The notes below the pieces were generated by a model that searched no databases, was not told where the DNA came from, and saw only the letters and a program-made list of their open reading frames with translations. From IMG/VR virus record IMGVR_UViG_3300024232_000001, positions 1 through 59,383 of that record: DNA of 59,383 nucleotides; one strand, given 5' to 3'. Shown in pieces: positions 8,431 to 15,902 of this stretch (positions are counted from its first letter, which is position 1; every line of letters begins with the position of its first letter). Both the position numbers and the translations under genes were made by a program. Origin of the DNA: a virus.

Positions 8431-8524
8431 CGAGCCATTCAGCGACGGCACCGGGCGCTGGGCCGCAATCGCTATCCTCGTCGCCGTCGCCGCCGTTCTC
8501 GCGATCATCTGGATAGGGAATTGA
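8423..8524 (+). CDS. 33-aa single-TM peptide
   Basis: GTG overlapping the upstream stop (GTGCCTGA); WAAIAILVAVAAVLAIIW. Confidence 0.4.
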   Translation: MPDEPFSDGTGRWAAIAILVAVAAVLAIIWIGN

Positions 8525-8526
8525 CC

Positions 8527-8811
8527 ATGAAGACCCGCAAATGCCCCTACATGCCGAGTTACCCGAACTGCACCTGCGATATGCCGGAACACACATGTGT
8601 GATGCTGCGGACGCCGTGGAATGCAGCGGGGTTGGTAACAGCCGCGGATCGGTATGGGCTGACCGGCGAGGACCGGCTAGCCGATGTCCTCTCAGGGAAA
8701 GACAACAGCCATGAAGCCACTAGAACACGAAACGCTGCCCTCGTACTGGGAGGGGCGTCTGCATACGAGAGAAGCCGAGGAAGGCCCGTTCGACCGGCAG
8801 GTGGCCGCTGA
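8527..8811 (+). CDS. hypothetical Cys-rich protein (94 aa); 3' third looks out of frame
   Basis: ATG at 8527; CPYMPSYPNCTCDMPEHTC; overlaps the next ORF by about 100 nt. Confidence 0.4.
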   Translation: MKTRKCPYMPSYPNCTCDMPEHTCVMLRTPWNAAGLVTAADRYGLTGEDRLADVLSGKDNSHEATRTRNAALVLGGASAYERSRGRPVRPAGGR

Positions 8812-8914
8812 ATATCAGGCCATCATCGCAGGGCTGAGAGCGAAGAAGCCTCTAGTCGCCATCCCCGAATACAAGGCGGTCAGCGAGCGCGTCGTCCAGT
8901 GGGCGAAGCGTTAA
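8711..8914 (+). CDS. hypothetical protein (67 aa)
   Basis: In-frame ATG of ORF 8684..8914; protein-like composition from MKPLEHETLPSYWEG. Confidence 0.45.
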   Translation: MKPLEHETLPSYWEGRLHTREAEEGPFDRQVAAEYQAIIAGLRAKKPLVAIPEYKAVSERVVQWAKR

Positions 8915-9066
8915 TGCAGCAGCTTGCTCATGTCGCTGAACAGGATGCTCGCGATCCAGAATGCGATGGCTAGCCAGCCCCAGCGGACACGCGGCAGGTC
9001 GGGAACCTGAGCCGCTGCAACGCAGGCGAAGACGAAGGCAAAAACGAGAAGGATCGTGCCCAGCAT
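8911..9066 (-). CDS. small membrane protein (51 aa)
   Basis: ATG after GGAGGCTTTGAA; two hydrophobic segments; its stop shares the TTAA at 8911-8914 with the convergent + gene. Confidence 0.45.
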   Translation of the reverse strand: MLGTILLVFAFVFACVAAAQVPDLPRVRWGWLAIAFWIASILFSDMSKLLH

Positions 9067-9067
9067 T

Positions 9068-9232
9068 TCAAAGCCTCCCTAGCAACAGCAGCACGACCAA
9101 GATGATCAGGATCACGCCGACGATGCCGATCCCTCCATGCCCAAAGCCGTAGCCATATCCCCAAGGGGCGACGCTGCCACCTAGACCGCCAAAGAGCAGC
9201 AGAACCACGAGGATGAGTAGAACTAGGCCCAT
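9068..9232 (-). CDS. DUF3309-like small membrane protein (54 aa)
   Basis: MGLVLLILVVLLLFGG...GYGYGFGHGGIGIVGVILIILVVLLLLGRL matches the DUF3309 layout from memory. Confidence 0.6.
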   Translation of the reverse strand: MGLVLLILVVLLLFGGLGGSVAPWGYGYGFGHGGIGIVGVILIILVVLLLLGRL

Positions 9233-9245
9233 AGGGAATTAACGC

Positions 9246-9596
9246 CTAGCGCGCGATATCGTTCAGATGCGCGACCCGGCGTTTCGTGTCTCGCACGATC
9301 GACAGCGCATCGGTACGGAGCGGATAGATCATATCCCGAGTGGCGAGTTTGATAGCGACAAGGTTCTCCGCAATCTGCCGACTGGTCTCGTCGATCTTCG
9401 GATGGCTGAAGTCCGCCCAGCCTACCGTGGCGTCCAGCAGCGAGTGAGCGGCGCCCTCAAAGTCCCGCTCGATCAGCCACTCAATCGCCGTCACCCATCC
9501 GCGCCGGAACTCGACGGCAACGGACTGATAGTCGTCCAACGGAGGCAGCGTAGTTAGCGCCACCTCCAAGCGCTCACGGGCGGTTGCGGGAGGCAC
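9246..9596 (-). CDS. hypothetical protein (116 aa)
   Basis: ORF track. Confidence 0.6.
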   Translation of the reverse strand: MPPATARERLEVALTTLPPLDDYQSVAVEFRRGWVTAIEWLIERDFEGAAHSLLDATVGWADFSHPKIDETSRQIAENLVAIKLATRDMIYPLRTDALSIVRDTKRRVAHLNDIAR

Positions 9597-9600
9597 GGTG

Positions 9601-9924
9601 CTATGCCTTCGGCACGACAGCCTTGATGTCGCCAGCCAGCTTATTCAGCCATGCGATCGTGCTCGGATCGGCGGCGGCCTTAGCGACCATGCCGCTTACG
9701 GCAGTGGCTCCCGAGCAGCTAGCGTTCGCGAACATGAGGATGGCCCCGACTTGGGGCACGACGGAGAACGGGGCCGCGAGAGCCGCAGCCGCGTTGACCG
9801 CGCCACACGCCTGATTCACAGCCGCGGCAACCTGCGTCGTGTCAGTCTGTACCGTAGCGAGCTGCGCCGGGTCACACGCTGCGAGCGAGAGGAACGCAGC
9901 CGGGATGAGAAATCGCTTCATCAC
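9601..9924 (-). CDS. lipoprotein (lipobox LAAC), candidate outer-membrane spanin
   Basis: MMKRFLIPAAFLSLAAC signal/lipobox; overlaps the upstream coiled-coil ORF; start may be 9921 (TGATG junction). Confidence 0.6.
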   Translation of the reverse strand: MMKRFLIPAAFLSLAACDPAQLATVQTDTTQVAAAVNQACGAVNAAAALAAPFSVVPQVGAILMFANASCSGATAVSGMVAKAAADPSTIAWLNKLAGDIKAVVPKA

Positions 9925-10190
9925 GGAGCCGCAGCCGTCATCGCTTCGACCGAAGCCCGATTCGAGTTGATCGTTTCGACAACGGGGTCAAGGTCGCTCT
10001 GAAGAACGAAGGGCGGCGGGCTCGCCAGCTTCGCCTGAAGAGCCTGGATGGCGGTGGTCTCGGCAGCGACGGCGGCCTGAACGGCGGCTAGATCGGCCAT
10101 ATTCTGTTTCTCCTGTCGTTCGAGTTGTTCGATGCGATCGATAAGCAGGTGGTTGATCTGGATGAGGAGGGCGATATCGGGGTGCTGCAT
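9921..10190 (-). CDS. coiled-coil protein (89 aa), possible spanin partner
   Basis: ORF track; heptad-like LIDRIEQLERQEKQNMADLAAVQAAVAAE. Confidence 0.5.
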   Translation of the reverse strand: MQHPDIALLIQINHLLIDRIEQLERQEKQNMADLAAVQAAVAAETTAIQALQAKLASPPPFVLQSDLDPVVETINSNRASVEAMTAAAP

Positions 10191-10540
10191 CAGGAAGCCC
10201 TAGCCGCTAATGCCTTGGCCTCATCCGAAGGTTCTGTCGGCTCAGGTGATACAGTCGGCGTGCTGGTCGCCAGTGCGGCCCCAAGAGCCGCGTTCGTGGC
10301 GTCTTTCTTCTGCGACGAGTTGCTGCTGCCAAGCCAGAAGCCGGCGGCGACCATCGCCAATGCCTTCACGGTCTCCTTGAGGTCAGCCGTTCCTTCGGGC
10401 GCGGGTACTAGGAGGCAGATAAAGAATAAGGCGAAGATACAAACCGTGACGAAGAGCGATCCGTAGCCGCTGAAACGCTTTGCCCATGTATCAGGATCGG
10501 ACGCAGCAACGATCGCAGCCGCAGCGGGTGTATCAGCCAT
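10190..10540 (-). CDS. two-TM membrane protein, holin candidate (116 aa)
   Basis: Hydrophobic segments LFVTVCIFALFFICLLV and ALAMVAAGFWLG; adjacent to the endolysin gene. Confidence 0.5.
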   Translation of the reverse strand: MADTPAAAAIVAASDPDTWAKRFSGYGSLFVTVCIFALFFICLLVPAPEGTADLKETVKALAMVAAGFWLGSSNSSQKKDATNAALGAALATSTPTVSPEPTEPSDEAKALAARAS

Positions 10541-10578
10541 CGCTCGCGTTTTACGCCAATCTCTCTACCGTATCAATA

Positions 10579-11388
10579 TCAAAGCGTGGCTTGCCATGCT
10601 TGGAACGCGGCTTCAGTGCCATCCCCCCAGTCCCCGTCAATTGGACCCTTGTAGAAGCCCCTATCCTTGAACGCCTGCTGCAACATGCGGATCGCGGAGA
10701 GGATCGCGTCGTCGTTCGGTTGCATCGGGGACGGCAAAGGCTCAGGCTCGATCACTGGCGGAATAACAGGCGGCGCAGGCTGCGGCGATCCCATTTGGGC
10801 AAACTCGCCGCTGGCCATGAATTTATCGAACCACGCTTGTTTCGTGGCCGCTATGTCCGGCGTGTTGTTCCCAACCGCACGCAGCATCGCATCGAAACCC
10901 CCGCCGTGATAGCGGTCCACGATGTACGCGACACAGATCGCCATGCCTATGCTCGGATCGGTAATGCCGAGATCGGGATTGTCCATGATCTCAGGATGGC
11001 CTGATTTGGTCGCGTATCGCTGGTAGTTGCCCCGGCCCGTGATCTGAATGGCGTATCGACCCCGGAACTTGTAGCCGTCGCCCGGCTGCGTATTGCCGAG
11101 ACCGCGCCCGACATTGGTCAGACTGCCGTAGACGTGCTCGAAAAATATCTTGTCGTCAGCCTTGATCTCATCCAGTTCGGCATCGCTCAAGCCTGACACC
11201 CGGCTCCCGAACACCTGCCTGATCCGGTCGTTGGACGTATGGGCATAGCCCATCTCCACATACCCGAGCATGTTGCTTTCGCCCATCGCGATTGCGGCCA
11301 TGCCGGCGCGCGTCTCGGGGTCCGTGACGCCTTGCGCGTCGAGCGCCGCCCGAAGAGCATTTGCATATACGGGATTCGGATCAGCCAT
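10579..11388 (-). CDS. endolysin: GH19-type muramidase/chitinase-like domain plus C-terminal peptidoglycan-binding domain
   Basis: YKFRGRYAIQITGRGNYQRY (GH19-like) and MLQQAFKDRGFYKGPIDGDWGDGTEAAFQAWQ (PG_binding_1-like). Confidence 0.85.
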   Translation of the reverse strand: MADPNPVYANALRAALDAQGVTDPETRAGMAAIAMGESNMLGYVEMGYAHTSNDRIRQVFGSRVSGLSDAELDEIKADDKIFFEHVYGSLTNVGRGLGNTQPGDGYKFRGRYAIQITGRGNYQRYATKSGHPEIMDNPDLGITDPSIGMAICVAYIVDRYHGGGFDAMLRAVGNNTPDIAATKQAWFDKFMASGEFAQMGSPQPAPPVIPPVIEPEPLPSPMQPNDDAILSAIRMLQQAFKDRGFYKGPIDGDWGDGTEAAFQAWQATL

Positions 11389-11638
11389 TAGTTCTCCCCA
11401 ATCTCGCCTCTAGCTCTCCTGTCGTCGGGCGCGTCGCCTCCAGCACCTTGATGCGATCCTCCAGCCGATCATCGTCGCGGCGCATCTGGGCTTCTACCGC
11501 GTCAATCCGGTTGGATACCGACTCCTTGTATTCCTCGTGCTGGCGAACCGTGAGGGAACTATCCAGTGCCCGCGAGAGCGCCGCCCACCCGGCTACAGCC
11601 ACCGCGCCAACCGCGGCGATGGTCGTCCACCAGTCCAC
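11381..11638 (-). CDS. N-terminal TM plus coiled-coil protein (85 aa), lysis-associated
   Basis: WWTTIAAVGAVAVAGWAAL then a charged helix. Confidence 0.55.
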   Translation of the reverse strand: MDWWTTIAAVGAVAVAGWAALSRALDSSLTVRQHEEYKESVSNRIDAVEAQMRRDDDRLEDRIKVLEATRPTTGELEARLGRTNG

Positions 11639-11642
11639 GGCA

Positions 11643-12053
11643 CTAGGATAACCCTAGCTTGTGCGAAAATATAGCGTACAACGCGCCTACGAGGGCCACG
11701 ACGATCGCGGCCAGCGCAGAGATCGACATCAGCATCATCTGCTTGCCGAGCGCCGTCACACGGCCATGCAGGGCGTCGGCCTGTTTGTTCATTGCCCCGC
11801 GCAACCCGTCAATCGCGTCCTGATTTTCGCAGTGCCGATTTTCGTTGATAGTGCGACCTTCGCGGAGCATCGCCTCAACGCGCTGGTTATGCTCAATACA
11901 GTTCTGTTGGTGGCTGCGCCCCTCTGTGCGGGCCTCAACAGCTATGTCACGAGTCTCACGCACCTCGCGTTGCAACTCCCGGTAGGCTCCCCCGGTGAAA
12001 ATCATCAGGGAATTACCGTTTGTAGCACACGGGGCGAGATGCATGTGTGACAA
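11643..12053 (-). CDS. C-terminally anchored membrane protein (about 130 aa); start uncertain (12053 TTG, 12044 ATG)
   Basis: ORF track; C-terminal MMLMSISALAAIVVALVGALYAIF. Confidence 0.5.
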   Translation of the reverse strand: MSHMHLAPCATNGNSLMIFTGGAYRELQREVRETRDIAVEARTEGRSHQQNCIEHNQRVEAMLREGRTINENRHCENQDAIDGLRGAMNKQADALHGRVTALGKQMMLMSISALAAIVVALVGALYAIFSHKLGLS

Positions 12054-12061
12054 AGGTCACA
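12046..12061. promoter_or_regulatory. Perfect TGTGA-N6-TCACA palindrome overlapping the first start codon of the lysis block
   Basis: TGTGACAAAGGTCACA read directly; matches the CRP-family half-site layout. Confidence 0.35.
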
Positions 12062-12119
12062 GGGTCCAGCAACCATAGGGCGAATTGTAGACAACGGGTG
12101 CGCGCACGTCTACGACTGG

Positions 12120-12323
12120 TTAACGTTTCGGAACGATCTTAATCGCATGAGGTCCGAAAGTTTTCGAGCAAGCGGTGCCGGTCTTGTCCTTGTAAGAGAC
12201 AATGCCAGCCACGGTATCGGCGGCGACCAGCTCGCCTTCAATGGCGTCAGCGTAGTCGTCCAGGCGGATGACCTTAAACCTAGCCGCCTCGACGCCGGAA
12301 ACCTGAGTTTCACCCACACCCAT
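12120..12323 (-). CDS. hypothetical protein (67 aa)
   Basis: ORF track; AAGGGAGGA before the ATG. Confidence 0.55.
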   Translation of the reverse strand: MGVGETQVSGVEAARFKVIRLDDYADAIEGELVAADTVAGIVSYKDKTGTACSKTFGPHAIKIVPKR

Positions 12324-12332
12324 TCCTCCCTT

Positions 12333-12527
12333 TTAGACCGTCGTGTACCACGGGCGGCTGTCTTCCGGCAGCTCTTCGAGATAGCGCCACCTTTCGCGGC
12401 CATGCGTCAACCAATGTTCTGTGCGTTCGATAAGCGAGCCACACCGCTCGCACCGCAGCATGTACCGGCAATCGTTGCGGAATACGCCGCACCATCTATG
12501 AATGCCCAGCCAGCACCGCAGAAACAC
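12333..12527 (-). CDS. small zinc-ribbon-like protein (64 aa)
   Basis: GTG after CTAA-N6-TTAAGGGAGA; CW..HRWCG...CERCG. Confidence 0.55.
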   Translation of the reverse strand: MFLRCWLGIHRWCGVFRNDCRYMLRCERCGSLIERTEHWLTHGRERWRYLEELPEDSRPWYTTV

Positions 12528-12555
12528 CCGGTTCTCCCTTAATAACGCTTAGAGG

Positions 12556-14331
12556 CTAGCATGTCGGCGCGTTGGACTGGAACAATTCGCCAGTCGTCGC
12601 GTCGATACAGACGGCATTCTTGCCTCCAGACGAGGTGGTCGAAGACAGAGAATGCGACAGAACATGCCCCCCGAAGACCGCGGCGCCGCCACTCGTGTTG
12701 TAGTGTATGGCCTTGGCTGCGCCGCCTCCGAATAGATAGGCATCGATCACCCCATAGTCATCGGCGGCGTCGTACCCCATCATCGTGTATTTATTGGTCG
12801 AGGCTGGATCGATAGCAACGATGCCTCCCGGCAATGTACCATCTACCCCGCTAGCTGCCGTCGTAGACTTCACCACAAGAGCGTTATTGATCTCTTGTCC
12901 GACGCTCCCTGTCACAGTCGTGCTGAAGGCCGGGGCCGCCCCCTCCGGCGTGATGAACGTGTTGCTGAACGATGAGGTCGTATTGCCAGCAGCTAGCCGT
13001 TTTGAGCGAAGACCGTTCTGAAAAAAGAAGTTGTTGGTCGATGATCCACCTGTCGCCAGAAAGTTGTAGTAGGCACTCACAGACGATCCCGCGTCTATGA
13101 AGGCCGTCGAAAACAGATTCCCAAAGCATCCGTCGAGAATGTAGCCGTAGACATAGGTATCCATCTCGAACAGATTGCCGGTGAACACGTTAGATGTATT
13201 ACCGGAACCCCCGGCATTGCTGGCATCACACTGAACTACTGCGGTCCCGTTGTTATGGACGAACGAATTGTTCTGTACCACGATAGCGTTGGCGTATGTC
13301 TGTAACACGGCCAGCGAGTTGAGGCCGGAAAATACGCTGTTCTCGACGGTTGAGGCATATCCTTGGAACGCACCGGTAATCGTGCTCCCTGTTGAAGCCG
13401 ACATGCCGCCGAAGACGATCGCATTCTCCCCGCCACTACCGTCTCCAAGAAACGTGTCGTGATCGATCGTGACGGTCGTGTTGGTGGTATAGATGAACGG
13501 CGCGCTACATTTCAGCGTGAGAGCGCCGTTGTTATAGGTGCCGTTGCTGACTCCGGATGTCTTGAAGGTGATCGTTGAGCCAGACGCCGCGGTGAGTCGG
13601 TAATTGCCGTTTAGGGCACTCGTGGTTGAGCCTGAGACAACATACTGTGCGCCGACATAGAATCCGCATGTTGGCGGTGCTGCGAAGGTCGCTACAGCCA
13701 CGTTCCCTGTGACGACAATGTTAGTCAGGGTGCCCTCGGTAACGCTTACCGAAACCGGCGACCCTCCGTCCGTGATCGTCAGACCATCGATCCGAAGTGC
13801 GCCCAAACCGAGAGAAGTGATCTTCCCGCCATTGTTGCCGTTGTACCGTAGGTCAAGCGTGGCGGCAGTGTACTGGGGCGTTCCGGTTCGCCCATCGTAT
13901 TCCCAAACGACGCCGCCGCCACCGCATGTCGTCAATCGGATATCGGTCTGCCGAGGCAGCGGCGATCCGCTGTCATTCGGCATCAAAATCTGTGAGTTGA
14001 GGAGGTATTTCTTACCTGGGGGGAAACAGAGTGTTCCGCCGCCTGCGGTGTTGAGAGCGGCAATCGCGTCGTTTACCTTCTGAGAGTCGTCCGTCGAATC
14101 GTCGCCTACCGCTCCCCAGACGCCAGCCGAGTACATTATCCCTTGGAAGCTGGGAGCCTTGTTGCAGTTGACCGTCGCCCCTGCCGTGGGATAGTCGGCA
14201 ATCGCCCCTGCCGTGGCGCAGGTTCCAACAATGCTCGATCCAGCTAGTCCGATTGGACCGACCGGAACTTGGGCAATTGCGGGCAGTGTGAAGAGTGCGC
14301 CGAGAACGACAGCGAAAGCGTATCGCCACAT
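12556..14331 (-). CDS. tailspike / receptor-binding protein with right-handed beta-helix (pectate-lyase-like) domain; signal-peptide-like N-terminus
   Basis: GDDSTDDSQKVNDAIAALNTAGGGTLCFPPGKKY (Pectate_lyase_3-like); N-terminus MWRYAFAVVLGALFTLPAIAQVP. Confidence 0.75.
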   Translation of the reverse strand: MWRYAFAVVLGALFTLPAIAQVPVGPIGLAGSSIVGTCATAGAIADYPTAGATVNCNKAPSFQGIMYSAGVWGAVGDDSTDDSQKVNDAIAALNTAGGGTLCFPPGKKYLLNSQILMPNDSGSPLPRQTDIRLTTCGGGGVVWEYDGRTGTPQYTAATLDLRYNGNNGGKITSLGLGALRIDGLTITDGGSPVSVSVTEGTLTNIVVTGNVAVATFAAPPTCGFYVGAQYVVSGSTTSALNGNYRLTAASGSTITFKTSGVSNGTYNNGALTLKCSAPFIYTTNTTVTIDHDTFLGDGSGGENAIVFGGMSASTGSTITGAFQGYASTVENSVFSGLNSLAVLQTYANAIVVQNNSFVHNNGTAVVQCDASNAGGSGNTSNVFTGNLFEMDTYVYGYILDGCFGNLFSTAFIDAGSSVSAYYNFLATGGSSTNNFFFQNGLRSKRLAAGNTTSSFSNTFITPEGAAPAFSTTVTGSVGQEINNALVVKSTTAASGVDGTLPGGIVAIDPASTNKYTMMGYDAADDYGVIDAYLFGGGAAKAIHYNTSGGAAVFGGHVLSHSLSSTTSSGGKNAVCIDATTGELFQSNAPTC

Positions 14332-15479
14332 CAGCGTTGATCACACCCCGGCGTTGCGCGGCATGCGGCCTTCCAGCGTGTTACCTCTGACGCTTGATCT
14401 GCCAATTGACGTTCTACCCGATCTAAGCGATCGGCGATGCGCTTGATTTCAAGCGTGTTCAGCGGGACGATGCCGGCCCAATCAACCGAATTTGGCCTTC
14501 CCTCGGTATCGCGGCTGACAAGTTGAGGAAGGACAGTCGCGACCTGCTCAGCAGCGAAGCCATAGAGCAACCTGTCGTCTCCGCCCCCGTAACCTTTGTT
14601 GTAGCGGTAGGAGATAGGCTCCAACTTCAGCAGCGCATCGCCAAGATCAGCAGTTAACGGCGACACGTCATGCTTGAATCGAAGACTCGACGTTCCCAGG
14701 CAGATACCGGCTGTCCCGCTCCCGGCGTACAAGGCATGAGAGGTCGTGTCTTCGCATACCGTGGCGTCCGTGTGGGTGGCATCTGAGCTGATTTTAGGAA
14801 GCGCCACCAACCCGGTGCCCCCGGCAATGGTCAGGGCGCTGGAATAGGCGTTCTGAGTCGTGCCACTGCCACTAGCTGCCGCAACCTGGAAAGCGTAACC
14901 CCCCGAAATACCGGAGCCTGTTCCCGCGCTGTCCTGCAATGTCCACAGAGCGCCCGCGCCGTTGTTGGTCCCGGCGACAACACTTTGCGTTTGAAGCGTC
15001 TGCGCCACGGGCGTCGCAAGATCAGTATCGCCTAGACGCCAAACAGCAGCACCGGGCGCAGTCAAGATCGAGTTTCCATTCAGGCGCAACCCGTTGCCGG
15101 TCGATGCGGTCATCTGCATGCCGCTATTGTTGAGATAAACGCCGCCTGTGCTGCCATTGGCAGAGGGGACCAACTGAACGGTTGATGTTCCGCCGGTTGT
15201 ATAGACACTAACCGTATTCGAGGTATTGATATCTAATGCTTTTATCGTGTTTGTGGCCAACCCCACAGTGTTGGCCGCCGGGAGGTATAGACCATTGACG
15301 GGCACCGTTGACCCGTTCGGGATGAATGCTGGCGCCGTGATCGCACCCGTAACCGTTCCGCCCCCCGATGACAAGAACGCACCACCAATCGGCCCGATGG
15401 GAACCTGGGCAGATGCTGCCAGCGACATGCCGACCACGGCGGCAATCGTCAATCCCCTATAAGGCCAATTAACAGACAT
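14331..15479 (-). CDS. tail fibre with C-terminal S74-type intramolecular chaperone domain; signal-peptide-like N-terminus
   Basis: SSLRFKHDVSPL...LKLEPISYRYNK...LLYGFAAEQVATVLPQLV; ATG 15479 follows GAGGTG; alternative start 15500. Confidence 0.8.
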   Translation of the reverse strand: MSVNWPYRGLTIAAVVGMSLAASAQVPIGPIGGAFLSSGGGTVTGAITAPAFIPNGSTVPVNGLYLPAANTVGLATNTIKALDINTSNTVSVYTTGGTSTVQLVPSANGSTGGVYLNNSGMQMTASTGNGLRLNGNSILTAPGAAVWRLGDTDLATPVAQTLQTQSVVAGTNNGAGALWTLQDSAGTGSGISGGYAFQVAAASGSGTTQNAYSSALTIAGGTGLVALPKISSDATHTDATVCEDTTSHALYAGSGTAGICLGTSSLRFKHDVSPLTADLGDALLKLEPISYRYNKGYGGGDDRLLYGFAAEQVATVLPQLVSRDTEGRPNSVDWAGIVPLNTLEIKRIADRLDRVERQLADQASEVTRWKAACRATPGCDQR

Positions 15480-15487
15480 CTTACACC

Positions 15488-15892
15488 TCAGTTGGGGCAT
15501 GCGAAGGCCGTGATGACGGAAGAGCCACTCGCGATGATCCGAACAGCGCCTTGCGGTACGAACCCGAAGCTAGCCGCGTTGAAGAACCCGTACTGTCCAT
15601 TCACCACGACATTCCCGGCTGCCGTCAATGATGCCGTATTACCTTGAAGATTAAGAGCGAAGACACACGATGCGGTGAGGCACTGAACAAACAGCCCAGT
15701 CCGTGGGAAACCCGTGATCGTCGTTGCGCCGATCAACTGCGCGTCAGACGAAAACGTGCCGGATACATCCTTGTAGGTAGTGCAAAACGGAGGAACCTGC
15801 GCGGCGACCGGCTCCGCCATCAACAGCAGCATCCAAAGAACTGACGCACTTACTAGCTTGACCATGCGTGCCAGCGGAATAGTTCGATTCAT
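15488..15892 (-). CDS. hypothetical fibre-module protein (134 aa) with signal-peptide-like N-terminus
   Basis: ORF track; LWMLLLMAEPVAAQVP. Confidence 0.6.
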   Translation of the reverse strand: MNRTIPLARMVKLVSASVLWMLLLMAEPVAAQVPPFCTTYKDVSGTFSSDAQLIGATTITGFPRTGLFVQCLTASCVFALNLQGNTASLTAAGNVVVNGQYGFFNAASFGFVPQGAVRIIASGSSVITAFACPN

Positions 15893-15902
15893 CTGCGTCT
15901 CC

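Noticed and set aside
8695-8701. -1 programmed frameshift at GGGAAAG joining ORFs 8527..8811 and 8684..8914
   Set aside because: The downstream frame is +1, not -1, relative to the upstream frame. In addition, the heptamer is not in the X_XXY_YYZ register of the zero frame.
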